A DNA stretch of 64,000 nt, taken from an uncultured bacterium (GTDB lineage Bacteria; JAHJDO01). The DNA is taken from assembly GCA_964437505.1 (NCBI GenBank), contig CAYTGU010000007.1:10967-74966 (forward strand). The letters are read 5' to 3'. A program made the translations under genes and the position numbers. The notes beneath the pieces are model-generated. The model ran no database searches and was not told where the DNA came from. It saw only the letters and a program-made list of their open reading frames with translations. Positions 42,109 to 51,517 of the stretch are shown here, piece by piece (the stretch's first letter is position 1; the number at the start of each line of letters is the position of its first letter).

Positions 42109-42855
42109 TCAAAAGGGGACAGACAGTTCAAGTTCTATCGCATTAGCGGTTTCAAGTAATTTTCTTTCAACTTCTTCAATCCTATAATGAGCCCTGAATC
42201 CAGGAATCGAAACGCCTACAGCAGCAACAACACGACCATCCTTCCTACGAATAGGACTCGCAGTACTGATTACATGTTTCATACTGGCAGAACGTGTTAA
42301 AATCTTCATTTTTTTGATCTGCTCAAGCTCTTTTAAGAGCATAGAAAGATCAGACTCGACTTCCGGCCAGTCTTTTTTTGTCGGATTGCCGAGTTCCTTA
42401 ATTATTTTTTCTATTACAGGTGTAGACTCATGTGCTAAAAGAATTCTTCCTGTTGCCCAGCGATAAATCGAACCTTGCTTATGGGCTCCAAGCCGAACTA
42501 CTACTTCTTTATCTCCTTCCGCTTCACACAGTATGTTAACCTTAAAGTCATGAAGCACTGAAAGAATAGCCGTTTCTCCAGTCTGCTTTGCCAGGCGTTC
42601 AACATGAATGGACGCCAGATCATTTAATAACTTGTCATTGACAGGAACAGATGTCAGGCAATGCAACCCTTCTCCTAGCTGATAATATCCTAAACGTGGA
42701 GATTTTACTATCTCCAAGTCAGCCAAAGACTTAAGTATATTATGACAGGTGGTCTTTTTTAAGGATACCCGCTTTGTTATTTCCCTTAATGGAAGTGATT
42801 CGCATTCAGAAAGAATGGATAAAATTTCAAAAACTCTCTTGACAACTTGTATCAT
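42109..42855 (-). CDS. IclR-family transcriptional regulator
   Basis: N-terminal wHTH (VFEILSILSE...LREITKRVSLKKTTCHNILKSL) and a C-terminal IclR effector domain. Confidence 0.85.
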   Translation of the reverse strand: MIQVVKRVFEILSILSECESLPLREITKRVSLKKTTCHNILKSLADLEIVKSPRLGYYQLGEGLHCLTSVPVNDKLLNDLASIHVERLAKQTGETAILSVLHDFKVNILCEAEGDKEVVVRLGAHKQGSIYRWATGRILLAHESTPVIEKIIKELGNPTKKDWPEVESDLSMLLKELEQIKKMKILTRSASMKHVISTASPIRRKDGRVVAAVGVSIPGFRAHYRIEEVERKLLETANAIELELSVPF

Positions 42856-42952
42856 ATTTATTATTATTATATTTGTTAACGGTTTTATCCTGTAATAATG
42901 GATATTATAGTTTGATTTATATATTAAGTCAAGTAAAACAAGGAGATTTTCT

Positions 42953-43963
42953 ATGTTGAAAGCAAGTGATGTAAAAAGAAAGGCAAAAGAGTGCGGAGCT
43001 GATTTATGTGGAATTGCATCGATGGATCGTTTTGAAGGCGCACCAAAGCAACAGGATCCAAGATATATTTTTCCTGATGCTAAATCAGCAATAGTGTTGA
43101 TGTTTCGTATCCCCCGAGGTTATATGCGCGGAATCGAAGAAGGAACTTATTTTGCTAGCTATACCGGCATGGGATATGGTCATATGAATAATGTTTATAT
43201 GCCGGGGGCAATGCGGGAACTTTGCTGTTATTTGGAAGACGAGGGCTATGAAGGCGTGCCTGTACCTAACATGTATCTTGGGGCTAGCGTCAGTATACCA
43301 GATCAAAGAGATTCTCCTGAACGCAGTCGTCCAGTTAGAGATGGTTTGCCAAATCCTGACATAATGCCAGATTTTAGAGTTATGGCTTTCGCTGCTGGCA
43401 TGGGTGAATTTGGTTACAGCAAAATGTTTCTTACTCCAGAATTTGGTCCATCTCAGCGCATTGTTGCAATATTGACTGATGCTGAACTTGAGCCGGATCC
43501 ATTGTTTGACGGACAAATTTGTGACCGTTGTATGCGTTGCGTAAGCGAGTGTTCTGGTCAGGCTATATCTAAAACTGAAACTGAATCCATTACTATTGCC
43601 GGTCGCAAAGTTGAATGGGGAAAGCTTGATGTAATAAAATGTTCTATCGCTTACCGTGGCGGAAATCCAGATTATAATCCTTTTTTTCAACCTACTCATA
43701 AACCTGCAGGATACACTGGCGGCCCCGAGATGAATAAAGCCATACCTTATGGTAGCATTGAAGGGCATAATCCGGCTCTTGAAGGAGCTAGGGGGTGTCT
43801 GCGCGCCTGCGTAGATCATCTTGAGTCAAAAGGAATATTAACTAGAAAGTTCAAGAATCCTTTCCGTAAACGTAAACCATGGAAATTAGGTCCACTTGGC
43901 TCTGATGGGTGGGAAGGCATGCTAGCTAAGAATTCCGCCAAAACTTTAACTGACAAGGAATAA
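42953..43963 (+). CDS. QueG/reductive-dehalogenase-superfamily Fe-S protein (short, without HEAT repeats)
   Basis: DFRVMAFAAGMGEFGYSKMFLTPEFGPSQRIVAILTDAELEPDPLFDGQICDRCMRCVSECSGQAI aligns closely with the QueG core around its first 4Fe-4S motif (CxxCxxCxxxC). A second, partly degenerate Cys cluster lies downstream. Confidence 0.6.
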   Translation: MLKASDVKRKAKECGADLCGIASMDRFEGAPKQQDPRYIFPDAKSAIVLMFRIPRGYMRGIEEGTYFASYTGMGYGHMNNVYMPGAMRELCCYLEDEGYEGVPVPNMYLGASVSIPDQRDSPERSRPVRDGLPNPDIMPDFRVMAFAAGMGEFGYSKMFLTPEFGPSQRIVAILTDAELEPDPLFDGQICDRCMRCVSECSGQAISKTETESITIAGRKVEWGKLDVIKCSIAYRGGNPDYNPFFQPTHKPAGYTGGPEMNKAIPYGSIEGHNPALEGARGCLRACVDHLESKGILTRKFKNPFRKRKPWKLGPLGSDGWEGMLAKNSAKTLTDKE

Positions 43964-43968
43964 AGTTA

Positions 43969-44991
43969 ATGCATTTTTCAATTGGTTATCAGTTAGCGGA
44001 TGAAGATGATTCTATTCCTGAAATAGTTGCGGACTATCCAGGACTTGTTTCGGAAGTGTATTTTGCTTTGCCAAATGAAGCTAGCGGAAGATCTCCGCTA
44101 GTCAATAATACTGGTTGCAGTTTAGAGGAAATTAAAAATGCACTTGCCTATGACTTGAACGAATTAAATAAAATGAATGTTGGAGCGGTATTACTTTTCA
44201 ATTCCGCGTGTTATGGCGGGCACGCAATGTCATATAAACTTGAAAAACGCATCTCCCGTGGAATTAAATTTGTTGAAAATATCATTCCGCTAACTGCGGT
44301 AACGACAACGTCCTTATTTATTGCACAGTATATTAAACAATATTTTCCGCATATCGCAATTCGAGCGTCGATTAATATGAGAATAGCTTCAATTGCGGCT
44401 ATGGAGCAACTTGCTGACTGTTTTGATGGATATTATATGCAAAGAGAACTCAATAGAGATCATCAAGCCATAACTCTGCTAAAAGTCTGGTGCGACGCGA
44501 ACGACAAATCTTTACATCTGCTGGCTAATAGCGGATGTATGTATGACTGCGCGTTTCAATCTTTTCATGATAATATGGTCGCACACGAATCAGAGGCAGC
44601 ACTTAATCCCGGTCGTGAGGTAAAATATCCAGCGCCATGCTGGGAATTTTTAGATAATCCGAACAAATGGCATCACTTGCTTCAAAACACTTGGATCAGA
44701 CCAGAAGATTTGCATCATTATGAAAAATACTTTGATACAGTAAAGCTGGCGACTCGAATGCATTCCAAACCCAGGACTGTTTTAGGTGCTTATATCCGCG
44801 AAAAATATCGAGGCAATATTTTAGATCTACTAGAGCCGGGATATGCTTCATTGCCGGGAGTACCAATACTTGATAACAGCATGTTTCCTGCTGATTGGCA
44901 CCAAAAGACAAGCTCATGCGGACATAATTGTCATGAATGTTCATATTGCAAATCGGTGTTTTCAAAAATCTCTAAAAGACCCAATAATTAA
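43969..44991 (+). CDS. Hypothetical protein, possibly a divergent peptidase-U32-family (TIM-barrel, Cys-containing) protein
   Basis: There is weak, pattern-level resemblance to the U32 N-terminus (PEIVADYPG...VSEVYFA...LFNSACYG) and a conserved Cys pair (GCMYDC). This is a low-confidence family call. It is co-transcribed 5 nt after the QueG-like gene. Confidence 0.35.
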   Translation: MHFSIGYQLADEDDSIPEIVADYPGLVSEVYFALPNEASGRSPLVNNTGCSLEEIKNALAYDLNELNKMNVGAVLLFNSACYGGHAMSYKLEKRISRGIKFVENIIPLTAVTTTSLFIAQYIKQYFPHIAIRASINMRIASIAAMEQLADCFDGYYMQRELNRDHQAITLLKVWCDANDKSLHLLANSGCMYDCAFQSFHDNMVAHESEAALNPGREVKYPAPCWEFLDNPNKWHHLLQNTWIRPEDLHHYEKYFDTVKLATRMHSKPRTVLGAYIREKYRGNILDLLEPGYASLPGVPILDNSMFPADWHQKTSSCGHNCHECSYCKSVFSKISKRPNN

Positions 44992-45078
44992 AGCTTTTCT
45001 TTAGCGGCTTTGACAGGCTAAATCCATGGGTATGGCTATATTCCAGCATTCGCCAGTTTATGAGTTTATGCCATCATC

Positions 45079-46275
45079 CTATCTCAAATTCTTCAGCGCA
45101 GACTCCATCCTATCCATACCTTCTTTTATGTTCTCCATTGATGTAGCGTATGACATCCTGATGTGGTGTGGAGAGCCAAAGGCAGAGCCAGGAATAACGC
45201 CGACTTTGACAACATCCAGCAGGAAATTACAAAAATCAATATTTGTACTTATTCTGTTGCCATTATATTCTTTCCCGTAATATGCAGATATATTCGGGAA
45301 TACATAAAAAGCCCCTTTCGGCTTCTGACATGAGACATTGTCTATATCATTTAACCTTTCTACAATATAATCGCGCCTTTTTCCGAACTCGTTCACCATT
45401 TTAACAACATCGTTTGTTTTCTCCTGTATAGCAGTTAAAGCCGCTTTCTGAGAAATGGATGTCGGGTTTGATGTGCTCTGACTTTGAAGCTTACCAACTG
45501 CTTTTATTATATCTGCGTCTCCAGCCGCATAGCCAATTCTCCACCCCGTCATGGAATAGGTTTTTGAAACCCCATTTACTACTATAGTGCGCTCTTTAAT
45601 ATTACTATTCAAAGACGCTATACTAATGTGCTGCAGACCATCATAGATTATTTCCTCATATATCTCATCTGAAATCACATAAATATCATGTTTGCATGCA
45701 ATATCTGCAATTTCTATCAACTCATTCCTTGAGTACACGGTTCCACATGGATTTGAAGGGCTATTAATAATCAGAATTTTTGTTTTCTCTGTTATAGCAT
45801 TCTCCAATTCATCAGGCACGATTTTAAAAGCATTGTTTTCAACTCCTTGTATGAAAACAGGTTTTGCACCGGCAAGCTTCGCCATGTCAGGATAGCTGAC
45901 CCAATAAGGTATTGGAATAATAACCTCATCATCCGGATTACACATAACATGAATAAGATTATAAAGAGAATGTTTTGCTCCGCATGAAACAATAACTTGT
46001 TCCGGCGTATAATCCAGCCCATTATCATTTCTAAACTTATCGCAAATCGCCTTTTTAAGTTCCAAAGTTCCTGATGCAGGTGTATATTTTGTGAAGCCAT
46101 TCTTTATTGAAGAAATAGCTGCATTCTTAATATACTCAGGTGTATCAAAATCCGGCTCTCCAGCGCCAAAACCAATTACATCTATCCCTTGCGCACGCAA
46201 TGCTTTTATTTTTGCAGTTATAGCTAATGTAGCTGAAGGCTTTATACTTGTTATTCTATTGGATAATTTTTCCAT
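45079..46275 (-). CDS. Class I/II aminotransferase (aspartate aminotransferase-like)
   Basis: MEKLSNRITSIKPSATLAITAKIKALRAQGIDVIGFGAGEPDFDTP N-terminus, and the PLP-Lys region SKTYSMTGWRIGY. Confidence 0.85.
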   Translation of the reverse strand: MEKLSNRITSIKPSATLAITAKIKALRAQGIDVIGFGAGEPDFDTPEYIKNAAISSIKNGFTKYTPASGTLELKKAICDKFRNDNGLDYTPEQVIVSCGAKHSLYNLIHVMCNPDDEVIIPIPYWVSYPDMAKLAGAKPVFIQGVENNAFKIVPDELENAITEKTKILIINSPSNPCGTVYSRNELIEIADIACKHDIYVISDEIYEEIIYDGLQHISIASLNSNIKERTIVVNGVSKTYSMTGWRIGYAAGDADIIKAVGKLQSQSTSNPTSISQKAALTAIQEKTNDVVKMVNEFGKRRDYIVERLNDIDNVSCQKPKGAFYVFPNISAYYGKEYNGNRISTNIDFCNFLLDVVKVGVIPGSAFGSPHHIRMSYATSMENIKEGMDRMESALKNLR

Positions 46276-46279
46276 TCTC

Positions 46280-46507
46280 CTACTCTATCTCCGCTATCTT
46301 CTGTCCAACCTTGACTAGATCTCCCTCCTTGACAAGAATATCCTTCAAAACACCGGATACTGGCGCAGGAACATTAAACGTAGCCTTATCCGTCAGCATC
46401 TCAATTATATCATCCCCTTTGTTTATATTATCCCCTTTTTTGCACATCCAGAATGAAACCGTTGCTTCCTCAATCCCCTCTCCAAGTTCCGGCAAAATAA
46501 AATCCAC
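46280..46507 (-). CDS. Stand-alone lipoyl/biotinyl-attachment domain protein (75 aa)
   Basis: It shows the E2-type lipoyl domain pattern ELGEGIEEATV...DIIEMLTDKATFNVPAP with the modifiable Lys in DKA. Confidence 0.6.
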   Translation of the reverse strand: MDFILPELGEGIEEATVSFWMCKKGDNINKGDDIIEMLTDKATFNVPAPVSGVLKDILVKEGDLVKVGQKIAEIE

Positions 46508-46704
46508 GCTATTATTCCTCCTTTAAATTATTCAAAATCTCTTGCCACAGATTATATAACATAACCACTTCTGCAATCAATAACAATGTGCTTTCTTCTA
46601 TTATCACATTAATACCGGTAGATATTCCAGGTAATACTTGCTGGAAATTTCCTGAAAGCTGTGATAAAATTCCTCGTCAACGCCAAAAAGCGAGGAGAAA
46701 GAAA

Positions 46705-48039
46705 ATGTTAAAAGCAGGGTTTTCAAAGATAGACATCACTCCAGATATCGGATGCTATCTTCAAGGGCATTTCGATGTAAGAATAGCTAAGAAAATTCAC
46801 GACCGGTTATTTGCTAAAGCTGCAGTATTCGATGACGGTAAAAACAAAATCTGTGTAGTTTCATGTGATTTAATTGGAGTGGAAAAGAAAGAGGTTAAAC
46901 TTGCGAGAGAACTCATAGAAAAAGAAACTGGAATCCCTGACAAAAACATCATTATCTGCGCAACTCACACCCACACAGGGCCTTCATTAATACACAAAAA
47001 CGACTCTGGACTTACACACGGACTGGATAAAAAATGGCTTGCAGCATTACCTTCCAAAATAGCGTCTGCAGCAGTTGATGCTTTTCACTCAACCAAAGAA
47101 ACAAAAGTAGCGTGCTTGAGCGGAGAAGAGCATGGTGTTTCCTTTAACCGCAGGTTTATAATGAAAAATGGAAAAGTTATAACAAATCCAGGAATAGGAA
47201 ATCCTGATATTGTTAAGCCCGCCGGACCAATTGACCCTGAAGTGGGAGTTTTGGCTTTTGGAGAGGACTATAATAAAATTGATGGACTTATAGTTAATTT
47301 TGCATTGCATACAGACACTGTTGATGGATATGAGGTATCAGCGGATTTCCCGGGAGTTATGAATGATGTTATACGCAGACAAATAGGAGATATAGGGTTT
47401 ATTTATACTTCAGGAGCTATGGGCAATATCAATCATCATAACGTAAAAGGAGATCCGAATAAAAAATACGCATATTTTGAGCATGCATTGCGGGCAGGAA
47501 CAATTCTCGGCTCTGAAGTAATTAAAACTAGTGCAAGAATGGAAAAATTCAGAGATGATATTAATGTTTCGGGAGAAAGAATTCAGGTAAAACTCCCTTT
47601 AAAAGATTATGATGAGAATTCTATCAGGAAGGCAAAAGAAATAATATCAAGCAGAACAAGTTCTGCAGACACAGATTGGCCGGGACATATGGAGGAATTT
47701 CTTGCAAGCCGCGGGCTGCTCAGAGCTCAAGAGCTGGGCAAAGGTGAATACGCTACAGAAATTACTGCTATCAGAATAGGAGATGTAGCATTTGTAAGTG
47801 TGCCGTGTGAATACTTTGTGGAGTTCGGACTTGAAATAAAGAAGCAATCTCCTTTCTCAAAAACCTTTATTATAGAACTCGCTGGAGATTTCCTTGGGTA
47901 TATCGCTAGAAAAGAATCTTTTGAACAAGGCGGTTACGAATCAAGCGGCGCGGCTTTTAAACAGGAAACAGGTTATATTTTAAGAAATAAAGCAATAGAA
48001 CTGCTTAATACATTACATAAAAAGAAAGGAGAGAAATAA
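46705..48039 (+). CDS. Neutral/alkaline ceramidase-family (PF04734-like) hydrolase homolog
   Basis: The N-terminal domain GFSKIDITPDIGCYLQGH...DRLFAKAAVFDDG...VSCDL...NIIICATHTHTGPS matches the ceramidase pattern G..DITP..G..GY...HD.L.ARA...D..NV.L.ATHTHSGP. The start is set at the ATG at 46705, which follows a GAGGAG RBS. Confidence 0.7.
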   Translation: MLKAGFSKIDITPDIGCYLQGHFDVRIAKKIHDRLFAKAAVFDDGKNKICVVSCDLIGVEKKEVKLARELIEKETGIPDKNIIICATHTHTGPSLIHKNDSGLTHGLDKKWLAALPSKIASAAVDAFHSTKETKVACLSGEEHGVSFNRRFIMKNGKVITNPGIGNPDIVKPAGPIDPEVGVLAFGEDYNKIDGLIVNFALHTDTVDGYEVSADFPGVMNDVIRRQIGDIGFIYTSGAMGNINHHNVKGDPNKKYAYFEHALRAGTILGSEVIKTSARMEKFRDDINVSGERIQVKLPLKDYDENSIRKAKEIISSRTSSADTDWPGHMEEFLASRGLLRAQELGKGEYATEITAIRIGDVAFVSVPCEYFVEFGLEIKKQSPFSKTFIIELAGDFLGYIARKESFEQGGYESSGAAFKQETGYILRNKAIELLNTLHKKKGEK

Positions 48040-48040
48040 C

Positions 48041-49321
48041 ATGTCAAGCAAAGAACAACTAGCAATAAATGGAGGAGAACCAGTTTGTAAAGAATCATTT
48101 CCAAAATGGCCTCATTTTGAAGAGGAAACAATTCAGGCAGCAATGGGACCCCTAAAAAACGGAAAAACTAATTATTGGTCAGGTCATCTTGGAATGGAAT
48201 TTGAAAACAAGTTTGCCCAGTGGAACGGAGCAAAATTCGGTATATCCGTAATAAACGGAACTGCTGCGCTGCATACAGCAGTTTCATGTCTTGGAATAGG
48301 ACCTGGAGACGAGGTAATATGCCCTTCATATTCCTTTATAGCATCTTCCTTTTGCATTTTGCAGGCAGGAGCTATACCAATCTTTGCTGATGTTAAAAAG
48401 GAAGATCATACAATTGACCCTGCAGACATAGAGCAAAAAATAAACAAAAAAACCAAAGCCATTCTTGTTGTGCATCTCTATGGCATTGTCTGCGATATGG
48501 ATCCAATTATGGAGATTGCAAAAAAGCATAACCTATTTGTAATCGAAGACTGTGCGCAATGCTTCGGAGGAGTTTATAAAGGCAAAAAAGTTGGTACAAT
48601 AGGTAATGCCGGAGCATTTAGTTTCTGCCAGACTAAACACTTTACAACTGGCGGTGAAGGTGGATGCACCATTACAAATGATGAAGACCTGTCATGGAAA
48701 TGCAAGTCGTTCAGAGACCATGGGTATAACATCCCAGCAAGACTCAAAGCTCAAGCAGAGGGCAAGAGACTTCCATATATTCACGAGATGGTCGGCTTTA
48801 ACTATAGAATGACAGAAATGCAGTCAGCTATAGGACTAAAAGAGCTAGCAAAGCTTGACAGCTATCATTTAAAGAATAGAAGACGAAACGGAGAGATGAT
48901 AATAAAAGCATTATCTAATCATAATGCGGTTAAGTATTTACCGCCGCATGAATCTGACAGATTAAATGCATTCTGGCTCTTTCCAATTACATTGAATATG
49001 GATAATTTGACATGCGATATTCAGACTTTTGTAGGTTCAGTTGCGAAGGAAGGCGTTCCTGTTATGCCTGTTCAGTGGTGGCAATCCTACAGGGAAAAGG
49101 CATTTACTGAGCATGTGGGCTTTGGCACGGCTAAATTTCCGTTTGAGTCAAAAGAGTATACACGAGCAGAGGCAGTAGATTATTCAGGTTTTATATGCAA
49201 AAATGCTTCGTGGCTTGAGCAGAGAACCTGCACATTTCCTGTCCATCCTGTATATACCGAAAAACACATTCAATATATGATAAAGGCGTTCAACAAAGTC
49301 GCAGATGTATATATGCGTTAA
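48041..49321 (+). CDS. DegT/DnrJ/EryC1/StrS-family PLP-dependent sugar aminotransferase/dehydratase
   Basis: LAINGGEPV N-terminus and the PLP-lysine region SFCQTKHFTTGGEGG. Confidence 0.9.
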   Translation: MSSKEQLAINGGEPVCKESFPKWPHFEEETIQAAMGPLKNGKTNYWSGHLGMEFENKFAQWNGAKFGISVINGTAALHTAVSCLGIGPGDEVICPSYSFIASSFCILQAGAIPIFADVKKEDHTIDPADIEQKINKKTKAILVVHLYGIVCDMDPIMEIAKKHNLFVIEDCAQCFGGVYKGKKVGTIGNAGAFSFCQTKHFTTGGEGGCTITNDEDLSWKCKSFRDHGYNIPARLKAQAEGKRLPYIHEMVGFNYRMTEMQSAIGLKELAKLDSYHLKNRRRNGEMIIKALSNHNAVKYLPPHESDRLNAFWLFPITLNMDNLTCDIQTFVGSVAKEGVPVMPVQWWQSYREKAFTEHVGFGTAKFPFESKEYTRAEAVDYSGFICKNASWLEQRTCTFPVHPVYTEKHIQYMIKAFNKVADVYMR

Positions 49322-49348
49322 TTTTTAATTTCTAACCAATTATTAAAT

Positions 49349-50182
49349 TTATAGTTTATGCTTTTTTGCAAGCTTAAGATAATACCCTCCTTCTTTTTCT
49401 CTTCCGTGCTTAACACATCCGTTTCCATATATTCGGCATTTTCTTTTAAGCTCTTCCATGGCAAGTCTTCTCTGGTCATCACTGAGAATATTGCCTGTTT
49501 CAAGAATCTTAACAATTGCCTGTATTCTGAATTTATCCATACCTGCTCTGTAAATAAAAGAGAGTTGATCAGATCTGCCGCCATCTTTTAACGTCAGAGG
49601 TTTATCTATAAGAAGGAATGGATGCCTTACACTTATTCTTAGCCAGAAGTCATAGTCTTCACAACACGGAAAATTTTCATTGAACTCCCCTACTTTCTCA
49701 AACAGCTCCTTTTTTATCATAACCGTTGACATACCAACTGCGCATAGTGGCAGACATTTATCAAAAATATATCCATGATATTTCTTATATTTTCTTTTTT
49801 GCTTAAGCAGAACACCATTTCTATACCATGTTTCCTGTGTATGTGAAATTAAATAAGAAGGGTTTTTCTGCATCTCATCTATCTGTATTGCAAGTTTTTC
49901 CTTATCCCACGAGTCATCAGAATCAAGAAATGCCAAGAACTTGTTTTTTGCTCTTCTTATCCCTGTATTACGAGCTGCTGCTACACCTCTATTTTTTTGC
50001 TTTATATAAACGATATTATTCTTAAATTTCGATACAATCTCATATGTATTATCTGTTGAGCCATCGTCAACAACAATAATCTCAAATCCCTGATATGTCT
50101 GCGACAGAACTGATTCTATGGCTTTTCTCAAAAAGTTGGCCCGGTTAAAAGTAGGAATAATAACACTGATATCATTTTCCAT
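49349..50182 (-). CDS. Glycosyltransferase family 2
   Basis: ISVIIPTFNRANFLRKAIESVLSQTY...IIVVDDGSTDNT, then the DxD region (LDSDD). Confidence 0.85.
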   Translation of the reverse strand: MENDISVIIPTFNRANFLRKAIESVLSQTYQGFEIIVVDDGSTDNTYEIVSKFKNNIVYIKQKNRGVAAARNTGIRRAKNKFLAFLDSDDSWDKEKLAIQIDEMQKNPSYLISHTQETWYRNGVLLKQKRKYKKYHGYIFDKCLPLCAVGMSTVMIKKELFEKVGEFNENFPCCEDYDFWLRISVRHPFLLIDKPLTLKDGGRSDQLSFIYRAGMDKFRIQAIVKILETGNILSDDQRRLAMEELKRKCRIYGNGCVKHGREKEGGYYLKLAKKHKL

Positions 50183-50191
50183 AATAACTAT

Positions 50192-51517
50192 TCACTCAAA
50201 GGGCAATGTAAGATTTAAAGAACGCCATATGGACTTTTCTTCCATGCATAAATATATCGGGGCTTTTTTATGATACTTTCGCATCATATCTATAATTGAT
50301 TTATAGATGTTGTATCTCATAGAATATGGATATCTTAATTTATTGTCATATCCAGGGATTAGTTCAGCGTCAAGTATTGTATTTTGCGGAAAACGAGTTT
50401 CAATTATCTTTTTTAATCCAGGGTTAAATCTCAATGTGCCTATACTTATCCAGGCTATATGCTTCAGTTTTATTTTAGTGAACAGACAATCTATAACTTG
50501 TTTATAGTCTTTTTCCCATCCTTTGTAATAAAAGATAGGGTCAAAATGAAATGCCACCTTATATCCTGCTTCAACGCATTGTAGAGCTGCATCAAGACGT
50601 TCTGCTAGAGAAGCAGTATAAAATTCATTTGTATCTACTGTGTTTTGCGGATTTAGAGACCATGATACAACAATGTTTCCGGAATGTTGTGTTTTTAGCA
50701 GGTTCTCTATATTTGCACTTTTTGTTTTAAATTCAAACATTACATCCTTTTGCTTTTTGAAAAAATTTATTATAGGGATTGAGTATTCAGTAATATTATC
50801 CAGCATAAGAGAATCCGAAAACTCTCCTGTTCCAATACGCATGCCAGCGCTTTTATAAGAATTAAAGGCATTAAAATAATCATCAACATTAGCGGGAAAG
50901 ATTAGCCCTGGACTATTGACATATTGTTGAAGATAACAGTAAGTGCATTCAAATATACATCCGAATCCAAGATTGAACACGTGATACCCACACGATTCAG
51001 CACTCTTTGTACATGGACACTTTTTAAAAAAATCATATTTTTCATTGATGATAAAGGCCGAATTGCACCTGTTGTTATAATCGCTTATTGTAGAACCCTG
51101 GGTTTTTTTAATGTAGGCTTTCAGGGATTCTATCTCTAAAAATACAGCATCGTGAAAGACTTCTCTGAATTTATTTGCGACATAAGAAGTTCGCACAGAT
51201 TTCTCTACGAAAATTTCTTTGGGATAAAAAGGCCTTTTCTTTATTGCAAGAGAATGTTTAGGATCTATTTTGATATCAGGTAGATAGGGAGTTGATAATT
51301 CGTTATGGGAATAGGCATACGGAAACCGTCTTTTCAGAAGAAATTCTTTTGCGTCATAAAATTTGTTTTGATTTATGCATTTGATAATTTCTTCAGGGAA
51401 GATATTTTCTCTTTTGGATATTTCGTATAGAAGACGTATAATTTCACGTTTTTTATTTACGCCAAAACGTGGAAATCCAGATTCTACTAAAGAGGTAATT
51501 TTTTGATAAAGCTGCAT
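50192..51517 (-). CDS. Radical SAM protein of the spore-photoproduct-lyase (SPL/COG1533) family with a ~160-aa N-terminal extension
   Basis: The Cx3Cx2C cluster motif GCIFECTYCYLQ is of the SplB type (CxxxCxYCYLQ). The downstream SPL-like core is present (GEFSDS..., HFDPI). Confidence 0.65.
   Translation of the reverse strand: MQLYQKITSLVESGFPRFGVNKKREIIRLLYEISKRENIFPEEIIKCINQNKFYDAKEFLLKRRFPYAYSHNELSTPYLPDIKIDPKHSLAIKKRPFYPKEIFVEKSVRTSYVANKFREVFHDAVFLEIESLKAYIKKTQGSTISDYNNRCNSAFIINEKYDFFKKCPCTKSAESCGYHVFNLGFGCIFECTYCYLQQYVNSPGLIFPANVDDYFNAFNSYKSAGMRIGTGEFSDSLMLDNITEYSIPIINFFKKQKDVMFEFKTKSANIENLLKTQHSGNIVVSWSLNPQNTVDTNEFYTASLAERLDAALQCVEAGYKVAFHFDPIFYYKGWEKDYKQVIDCLFTKIKLKHIAWISIGTLRFNPGLKKIIETRFPQNTILDAELIPGYDNKLRYPYSMRYNIYKSIIDMMRKYHKKAPIYLCMEEKSIWRSLNLTLPFE

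Noticed and set aside
43085-43819. 244-aa minus-strand ORF
   Set aside because: It is completely antisense to the QueG-like gene, whose plus-strand translation carries conserved QueG/RdhA core motifs. The minus-strand product is Ser/Ile-rich with no recognisable features.
49318-49584. 88-aa minus-strand ORF overlapping the GT2 C-terminus in another frame
   Set aside because: It is in a different frame on the same strand as the well-supported GT2 gene, and it shows no independent signal.
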